DNA from: Formosa sp. Hel1_33_131
GTDB taxonomy: Bacteria; Bacteroidota; Bacteroidia; Flavobacteriales; Flavobacteriaceae
Assembly (NCBI RefSeq): GCF_001735745.1
Contig: NZ_CP017260.1
Span: forward strand, 120,001-152,000
Direction of reading: 5' to 3'
Length of the DNA stretch: 32,000 nt
The notes below the pieces were generated by a model, which was given only the letters and a program-made list of their open reading frames with translations, searched no databases and was not told the origin of the DNA. The position numbers were made by a program, and so were the translations under genes. The number at the start of each line of letters is the position of its first letter. The stretch's first letter is position 1. Shown piece after piece: positions 25,686-32,000 of the stretch.

Positions 25686-28112
25686 ATGAAGATATCGTAC
25701 AACTGGTTAAAACAATTTATAAAAATTGATTGGACTGCAGAAAAAACCTCTGAACTCCTTACCGATTTAGGTTTAGAAGTTGAAGGTTTAGAAGCGTTTC
25801 AATCCGTCAAAGGTGGATTACAAGGAATCGTTGTAGGCCATGTACTCACCTGTGAGCAACATTCCAATGCCAATCGATTGCGAATCACAACCATTGATAT
25901 TGGAGCCGAAGAACCCTTAGTAATTGTATGTGGCGCACCCAATGTAGCAACTGGTCAAAAAGTAGCCGTTGCAACCATTGGAACCACTTTATATACTGCA
26001 GAAGGAGAAGCTTGGACCATTAAAAAAGGAAAAATACGTGGCGAAGAAAGTTACGGCATGTTATGTGCTGAAGATGAACTGGGGTTAGGAACCTCTCATG
26101 AAGGAATTATGGTTTTAGAGGATTCCCTTGAAACTGGAAGCCCTTTAGCAAAACACTATGAGATTGAAGATGATTTGGTGTTTGACATTGGATTGACTCC
26201 AAACCGTGCAGATGCGATGAGTCATTATGGAACTGCTAGAGATTTAATGGCTGGGTTGTCTCAGCATGGCATCAACGCAAAATTAATAAGTCCTTCCGTG
26301 TCTGCTTTTCATGTAGATGACAGAAGTCTTAAAGTCGATATTAATGTTGAGGATAAACAAAAAGCGCCGCGTTATTGTGGTTTGACAATCTCTGATATCG
26401 TTGTAAAAGAATCTCCTTTGTGGCTACAAAACCGACTCAAAGCCATCGGATTGAATCCCATTAACAACATTGTAGATGCAACTAATTATGTGTTACATGA
26501 TTTAGGACAGCCTTTACACGCTTTTGATGCCGATAGAATATCAGCTAAAAAAATTATTGTAAAAACCGTCAAAGCAGGTACGAAATTTGTAACCTTAGAC
26601 GGCGTTGAACGCACACTTCACGAAGAAGACTTAATGATATGTGACGCTGAAAAACCACTGTGTATTGCAGGTGTTTTTGGAGGTGAAAATTCAGGCGTTT
26701 CTAAAGAAACGAATTCAATATTTTTAGAAAGTGCTTATTTCAATCCTGTAAGCGTTCGGAAAACAGCCAAGAGACATGCACTCAATACTGATGCCTCTTT
26801 CAGATTTGAACGTGGTATCGATCCAAATATTACTAAATATGCGCTCAAAAGAGCCGCATTGTTAATTATCGAAATTGCTGGTGGAAAAATAACAAGTGAT
26901 CTGATCGACGAATATCCAAATAAAATTGAAGATGCTCAAGTCTTTTTGACTTTTGAAAAAACAAATCAATTAATTGGAGAAGAACTTCCAAAAGAAACCA
27001 TCAAAAGTATTCTGAGCGCTTTAGAAATAAAAGTGAATAATGTGACTGAAAGCGGCTTAGGATTGACCATCCCTGCATACAGAAATGATGTCCAACGTGA
27101 GGTGGATGTCATTGAAGAAATTCTAAGAGTTTATGGGTATAACAACATCGGAATTACCAATAAATTAAATGCTTCGATTTCGAATACTTCTAAATTTGAA
27201 AGCTATAAAATTGAAAATATAATTGCGAATCAACTTGTTGGACAAGGGTTTTATGAAATCCTAAATAACTCATTGACTTCAGATAAATACACGGCTTTTA
27301 GCGATCAATTGGAACAGACCCATGAGGTTAAAATATTAAATCCATTAAGTACGGATTTATCAGTGATGCGTCAATCCTTAATTTTCTCTGGTTTAGAATC
27401 TATTGCGTTTAACATCAACAGACAACAAAGCGATTTAAAACTTTTTGAATTTGGTAAAACCTATCACAATTTTGAAGCGAACAAAGAAGAGCTTAACCAC
27501 CTTTCTATTTTTGTCACTGGAAATAAAACCGAAAAACGTTGGAATACAACGGAAACGGTCGTTGATTATTTCTATTTAAAAGGATTGGTTACAGCAGTAT
27601 TTGAACGTTTAGGAATTCAAAAACTTAAAAGTGCGCCTTTGACTAACGATGTATTTAGCGAAGGGCAACAACTGAGTGTCGGAAAACATTCTTTAGTTGA
27701 GTTTGGAAGTTTAAAAGCCTCGACACTAAAATCTTTTGGAATCTCTCAAAGCGTATTTTGTGCTGATTTTAATTGGGATAACTTACTAAAAGTCATCAAT
27801 CAACAAACAATTAAATTTAAGGATATTTCTAAATACCCAGAAGTCAAACGTGATTTTTCATTGTTAATCAATGAAGACGTTACTTTTGAGAGCATTTTTA
27901 AATTAGCCAAACAAACGGAAAATAATTTCTTAAAAGACATCAATCTATTTGATGTGTATACAGGAGATAAATTAGCCGAAGGCAAAAAAAGTTATGCGGT
28001 TAGTTTCACACTACAAGATAAAAACAAAACGCTCACAGATGTTCAAATTGACAAAATAATGTCGAAAATCCAAAAGCGTTTTGAATCGGAATTAAGTGCT
28101 GAACTGCGTTAA
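25686..28112 (+). CDS. pheT: phenylalanine--tRNA ligase beta subunit
   Basis: 808 aa. N-terminal MKISYNWLKQF and a tRNA-binding OB domain. B3/4 and B5 segments, and a C-terminal FDX-ACB-like domain (KYPEVKRDFSLL...SYAVSFTLQ). Confidence 0.9.
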   Translation: MKISYNWLKQFIKIDWTAEKTSELLTDLGLEVEGLEAFQSVKGGLQGIVVGHVLTCEQHSNANRLRITTIDIGAEEPLVIVCGAPNVATGQKVAVATIGTTLYTAEGEAWTIKKGKIRGEESYGMLCAEDELGLGTSHEGIMVLEDSLETGSPLAKHYEIEDDLVFDIGLTPNRADAMSHYGTARDLMAGLSQHGINAKLISPSVSAFHVDDRSLKVDINVEDKQKAPRYCGLTISDIVVKESPLWLQNRLKAIGLNPINNIVDATNYVLHDLGQPLHAFDADRISAKKIIVKTVKAGTKFVTLDGVERTLHEEDLMICDAEKPLCIAGVFGGENSGVSKETNSIFLESAYFNPVSVRKTAKRHALNTDASFRFERGIDPNITKYALKRAALLIIEIAGGKITSDLIDEYPNKIEDAQVFLTFEKTNQLIGEELPKETIKSILSALEIKVNNVTESGLGLTIPAYRNDVQREVDVIEEILRVYGYNNIGITNKLNASISNTSKFESYKIENIIANQLVGQGFYEILNNSLTSDKYTAFSDQLEQTHEVKILNPLSTDLSVMRQSLIFSGLESIAFNINRQQSDLKLFEFGKTYHNFEANKEELNHLSIFVTGNKTEKRWNTTETVVDYFYLKGLVTAVFERLGIQKLKSAPLTNDVFSEGQQLSVGKHSLVEFGSLKASTLKSFGISQSVFCADFNWDNLLKVINQQTIKFKDISKYPEVKRDFSLLINEDVTFESIFKLAKQTENNFLKDINLFDVYTGDKLAEGKKSYAVSFTLQDKNKTLTDVQIDKIMSKIQKRFESELSAELR

Positions 28113-29063
28113 TTATCCTTCTTTAGAAGCCAAATAACGTTCTGCATCTAAGGCGGCCATACAGCCTGTTCCTGCAGCCGTTACTGCTTGTCTGTACACA
28201 TGATCTGCAGCATCGCCACTCACAAAAACGCCATCAATGTTTGTTTTTGAAGAGCCTGGAGTGTTGATAATATAACCTGTTTCATCTAAGTTTAGAAAGC
28301 CCTGAAAAATATCGGTATTTGGTTTATGACCAATCGCCACAAAAAATCCAGTTGCTGGAATATCTATCAACGCATTTGTTTTGTTATTTTTTGCTCGCAC
28401 TCCCGTCACAACTTGACCGTCACCTAAAACTTCATCGGTTTCTGTATTGAATAATATTTCGATATTTTCAGTGTTTTTCACACGGTTCGCCATAATTTTG
28501 GAAGCTCTAAATTCATCACGACGCACCAACATGGTAACTTTCGTACAAAGCTTGGATAAGTAATGTGCTTCTTCACAAGCAGAATCCCCTGCCCCAACAA
28601 TCACAACTTCTTGATTTCTGTAAAAGAATCCATCACAAACCGCACAAGCAGAAACACCGCCTCCAAGTTTTAAGTATTTTTGTTCAGACTCTAAACCTAA
28701 ATATTTAGCCGTAGCACCTGTAGAAATAACAATCGTTTCACAGTGAATTTCCTTTGTCCCATTAATCCAAACTTTATGAATGGGTCCAGAAAAATCAACT
28801 TTAGTCACCCATCCATCTCTTACATCTGTTCCAAAGCGTTCCGCTTGTGCTTGTAATTCTAGCATCATTGCAGGACCCGTAATTCCATCTGGATAGCCAG
28901 GGAAATTCTCCACTTCATTGGTAGTTGTTAATTGACCTCCAGGTTGTGTTCCTTGGTATAATACAGGAAACATATTGGCTCGTGCCGCATAGATAGCAGC
29001 AGTGTAGCCCGCAGGGCCAGATCCAATAATCAAACATTTTACAGACTCTATAGTATCAGACAT
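28113..29063 (-). CDS. trxB: thioredoxin-disulfide reductase
   Basis: 316 aa. IIGSGPAGYTAAIYA FAD motif, redox-active CAVCDG, and VIVGAGDSACEEA NADPH motif. Confidence 0.9.
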   Translation of the reverse strand: MSDTIESVKCLIIGSGPAGYTAAIYAARANMFPVLYQGTQPGGQLTTTNEVENFPGYPDGITGPAMMLELQAQAERFGTDVRDGWVTKVDFSGPIHKVWINGTKEIHCETIVISTGATAKYLGLESEQKYLKLGGGVSACAVCDGFFYRNQEVVIVGAGDSACEEAHYLSKLCTKVTMLVRRDEFRASKIMANRVKNTENIEILFNTETDEVLGDGQVVTGVRAKNNKTNALIDIPATGFFVAIGHKPNTDIFQGFLNLDETGYIINTPGSSKTNIDGVFVSGDAADHVYRQAVTAAGTGCMAALDAERYLASKEG

Positions 29064-29081
29064 AGTTTAAAATTTAGGATA

Positions 29082-29089
29082 CAAAAATA
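29082..29089 (-). promoter_or_regulatory. candidate -7 box TATTTTTG for trxB
   Basis: Plus strand reads CAAAAATA. It lies 19 nt upstream of the ATG at 29063. Confidence 0.45.
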
Positions 29090-29192
29090 GGCGTTTTACA
29101 TAAAATTCGAACGGGAAGTTATCAACAGTTTTTATTAACTTGTAGATTTATTAATATTATTCCTCTATAAACAAAAAACAGTAAAATAATCT

Positions 29193-29200
29193 TAACTTTG
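29193..29200 (+). promoter_or_regulatory. candidate -7 box TAACTTTG for the udk-ftsB-mutAB unit
   Basis: Perfect TAnnTTTG, 24 nt upstream of the ATG at 29224. Confidence 0.45.
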
Positions 29201-29223
29201 TTAGAAATTCAAAAGCGAGCGTT

Positions 29224-29829
29224 ATGTTGATTATTGGTATTGGTGGTGGAACAGGAAGTGGAAAAACGACGGTAGTAAATCAAATTTTATCAGAATTTCC
29301 AGCAGGAGAAGTTCAAGTGATTTCTCAAGATTCTTATTATAAAGAAACATCTCATCTAACCTTTGAAGAACGTTGTAAGATTAATTTTGACCACCCAAAA
29401 TCGATTGATTTTGAACTCCTTGAATCGCACTTAAAAGCTTTAAAAAAAGGGGAGAACGTCAACCAACCCGTATATTCCTTTAAAACGCATAACCGAACTG
29501 GTGAAACCACAATTACAGAACCTAAAAAAGTAGTGATTGTGGAAGGGATTTTAATTTTATCTAATACTGAGTTACGATCACTATTTGATATAAAAATATT
29601 TGTTCATGCAGATAGTGACGAGCGCTTAATGCGCCGTTTAAAAAGAGATATCGCCGAGCGCGGAAGAGATTTAGACGAAGTTTTGGAACGTTACCAAACA
29701 ACGCTGAAACCCATGCATCAACAGTTTATTGAACCAATGAAAGCATTTGCAGATATTATCATTCCAAACAATCATTACAATACAGTCGCAGTAAATGTTG
29801 TGAAATCAATCATAAACGATCAACTCTAA
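29224..29829 (+). CDS. udk: uridine kinase
   Basis: 201 aa. P-loop GIGGGTGSGKTT, plus the DSYY and RRLKRDI motifs. Confidence 0.9.
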   Translation: MLIIGIGGGTGSGKTTVVNQILSEFPAGEVQVISQDSYYKETSHLTFEERCKINFDHPKSIDFELLESHLKALKKGENVNQPVYSFKTHNRTGETTITEPKKVVIVEGILILSNTELRSLFDIKIFVHADSDERLMRRLKRDIAERGRDLDEVLERYQTTLKPMHQQFIEPMKAFADIIIPNNHYNTVAVNVVKSIINDQL

Positions 29830-30161
29830 TGCTAAAGAAATCCAACCGTTTTTTGAAACTATTGAAGCCTTTTAAGAACATTTATTTTCTTATATTGATC
29901 GTGTTTATTGTATGGATGGTGGTTTTTGATGCCAACTCGTGGCTGATCCACAACGATCTAAATGAAGACATTGAGGATTTAAATTCTAAAATTGAATTTT
30001 ATAATGGTGAGATTGAAAAAGATCAAAAAGAAATCAATACCCTAAACTCAACTGATGGCATTGAAAAATATGCACGGGAGCATTATAAAATGAAAAAAGA
30101 AAATGAAGTCGTTTATATTATAGAAGACACCGATAGTTTAAAGGTTAAAACAAATGAGTAA
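29829..30161 (+). CDS. septum formation initiator family protein (FtsB/DivIC-like)
   Basis: 110 aa. One N-terminal TM helix (IYFLILIVFIVWMVVF) followed by a coiled coil, then IEKYAREHYKMKKENEVVY, typical of this family. Confidence 0.7.
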   Translation: MLKKSNRFLKLLKPFKNIYFLILIVFIVWMVVFDANSWLIHNDLNEDIEDLNSKIEFYNGEIEKDQKEINTLNSTDGIEKYAREHYKMKKENEVVYIIEDTDSLKVKTNE

Positions 30162-31524
30162 ATCAAATCTTTTTGAGAATTTTGAATCTGGTTCTGCTAA
30201 AGCGTGGAAACAAAAGATTCAATTTGAACTTCAAGGAAAAGATTTTAATGACCATTTAGTTTGGAATTCTATTGAAGGAATTGACGTGAAACCCTTCTAT
30301 CATTCCGAAGCTTATTCCAAAGCACCGGACATTCAACACAATGCTTCTGACTGGAACATCGGACATTCAATTTATGTAAATTCCGTAGAAAAAAGCAATA
30401 CCCACGCTCTTAAATTGATTGAAAGTGGAGTTGAAAGTTTACATTTCACACTCCCAACAGTTAGCATTTCAGTAGAGGAACTTCTTAAAAATATTGACAC
30501 TTCTTCTGTTCCAATTTATTTTGAACCTTTATGTCTTTCAGAAAAACTAATCAAATCACTTCAGGATTTTTCATTAAAAAATAAGACGTCATTTTACATC
30601 TTACAAGACCCTATTGGTCACTTGGCACGCTCTGGAAATTGGCATGAAAATCTCAAAACAGATTTACATACACTAAAACAAACGATTGCTTTAGGAGATA
30701 CTTTAAAAAGTGTTATTTCTGTCGATTTAGGACTTTTTCAAAATGCAGGCGGTAGCATGATTCAACAACTTGCCTATACCCTAGCCCATGCCAATGAATA
30801 CCTTAATTTATTTGATGATGAATCCATAAAATCTGTGGTTTTTAAAGTCTCTGTTGGAGGAAATTACTTTTTTGAAATTGCTAAACTTCAAGCATTGCGA
30901 GTCTTATGGTACAGTCTTACAAAGGATTATGGACTTTCAATTGACTGTCATATTCTTACACAGCCCAGCCGTCGTAATAAAACAATTTACGACTACAACA
31001 TTAATATGTTGAGAACGACCACTGAATGCATGAGCGCCATTTTGGGAAGTAGCGATACCATTATCAATATGCCCTACGATCATTTGTACCATAAGGATAA
31101 TGATTTTGGAAATCGATTGTCAAGAAATCAATTGTTGATTCTCAAAAAGGAAAGTTATTTTGATGCCGTTTCCAACCCCACAGAAGGTGCTTATTATATT
31201 GAGACACTGACGCATCAATTGGCTCAAAAGTCATTGGATTTATTTAAAGACATCGAAAAACAAGGCGGCTTTTTAAAACTTCTCAAAGAAGGCATGGTTC
31301 AACGGAAACTGAAAGAGCATGCACAAAAAGAACAGCGTTTATACGACGAAGGAACTGAAGGCCTTTTGGGAACTCATTTTCAACAAAACGCATTGGATAC
31401 AATGAAATCGGATTTAGAAATTTATCCGTTCATCAAACAACTGGCTCGAAAAACATTGTTAGAACCCATCATCCCTCGCAGAATCTCTGAGGAACTAGAA
31501 CAAAAACGGTTGAAAGATGAGTAG
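30154..31524 (+). CDS. mutA: methylmalonyl-CoA mutase small (beta) subunit
   Basis: 456 aa, directly upstream of the large-subunit gene and overlapping it. Family-like segments [23 protein letters not shown] and [27 protein letters not shown]. Confidence 0.7.
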   Translation: MSKSNLFENFESGSAKAWKQKIQFELQGKDFNDHLVWNSIEGIDVKPFYHSEAYSKAPDIQHNASDWNIGHSIYVNSVEKSNTHALKLIESGVESLHFTLPTVSISVEELLKNIDTSSVPIYFEPLCLSEKLIKSLQDFSLKNKTSFYILQDPIGHLARSGNWHENLKTDLHTLKQTIALGDTLKSVISVDLGLFQNAGGSMIQQLAYTLAHANEYLNLFDDESIKSVVFKVSVGGNYFFEIAKLQALRVLWYSLTKDYGLSIDCHILTQPSRRNKTIYDYNINMLRTTTECMSAILGSSDTIINMPYDHLYHKDNDFGNRLSRNQLLILKKESYFDAVSNPTEGAYYIETLTHQLAQKSLDLFKDIEKQGGFLKLLKEGMVQRKLKEHAQKEQRLYDEGTEGLLGTHFQQNALDTMKSDLEIYPFIKQLARKTLLEPIIPRRISEELEQKRLKDE

Positions 31525-32000
31525 AAAAAAAGTTCAACATATTATTTTAGAAGGAGTCAAAACCAAACCCTCAACAAAAAAATCGTTTGATACTGCCGAG
31601 ACCATCGCCGTACAATCAAATTATTCAAAAGAAGACACAGACGCTTTAGAACACCTAAATTTTGCCGCAGGAACTGCACCCTTTTTGAGAGGTCCTTACA
31701 GCACAATGTATGTGCAGCGCCCATGGACTATCAGACAATACGCTGGATTTTCGACCGCCGAAGACAGCAACGCATTCTATAAACGGAATTTAAAAGCCGG
31801 ACAAAAAGGACTGTCCGTCGCCTTTGACTTGCCCACACATCGGGGTTATGACAGTGATCATGAACGCGTTGTTGGAGATGTAGGAAAAGCCGGCGTTGCT
31901 ATAGATTCTGTCGAAGATATGAAGTTGTTATTTGATGAAATTCCTTTGGATCAAATGAGTGTATCCATGACAATGAACGGTGCCGTATTGCCAATTATGG
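31517..32000 (+). CDS. mutB: methylmalonyl-CoA mutase large (alpha) subunit, 5' part (continues beyond the window)
   Basis: My own translation from ATG at 31517 gives [10 protein letters not shown]...[67 protein letters not shown]. This is a highly characteristic MCM catalytic-subunit N-terminus. It is open to the window end. Confidence 0.85.
   Translation, partial: MSRKKVQHIILEGVKTKPSTKKSFDTAETIAVQSNYSKEDTDALEHLNFAAGTAPFLRGPYSTMYVQRPWTIRQYAGFSTAEDSNAFYKRNLKAGQKGLSVAFDLPTHRGYDSDHERVVGDVGKAGVAIDSVEDMKLLFDEIPLDQMSVSMTMNGAVLPIM

Noticed and set aside
1-32000. Search by eye for CRISPR arrays, tRNA/rRNA genes, IS elements, integrases and phage genes
   Set aside because: I saw no regularly spaced direct repeats, no cloverleaf-like GC-rich segments in the intergenic regions, and no transposase- or recombinase-like ORFs. 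All intergenic gaps are under 360 nt and AT-rich.

Overview
Low-GC, tightly packed chromosomal segment that looks like core genome of a Flavobacteriia-type Bacteroidota (inferred from gene content and promoter motifs, not from any search). I support 33 CDS, two of them cut by the window edges. Nearly all are housekeeping: ResB/CcsB-like cytochrome c biogenesis, kdsC, maf, tilS, pabB, a DEAD-box helicase, an ECF-type sigma factor, lpdA, an Lrp/AsnC regulator beside a Cys/Met PLP enzyme, an AsmA-like protein, a ROK kinase, holA, pheT, trxB, udk, an ftsB-like gene, and mutA/mutB. I found no rRNA, tRNA, CRISPR array, transposase or integrase. Ten perfect TAnnTTTG boxes (the Bacteroidota -7 promoter motif) lie 8-35 nt upstream of the first genes of transcription units. 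Four genes have forced non-ATG starts. Five convergent gene pairs have touching or overlapping stops. The only accessory-looking stretch is about 13.5-21 kb. It holds a tail-fibre-like secreted protein, the asmA-like gene, a TPR-lipoprotein/membrane-protein/lipoprotein cluster, a RelE/ParE-type toxin-antitoxin pair and unknown small proteins. The most unexplained signal is a ~145-nt intergenic element present twice in the same orientation (13474-13618 and 17664-17810), each copy in a divergent promoter region next to envelope genes. I do not see a convincing novel multi-gene defence or mobile system here. All functional calls rest on motif recognition by eye and remain untested by database search.
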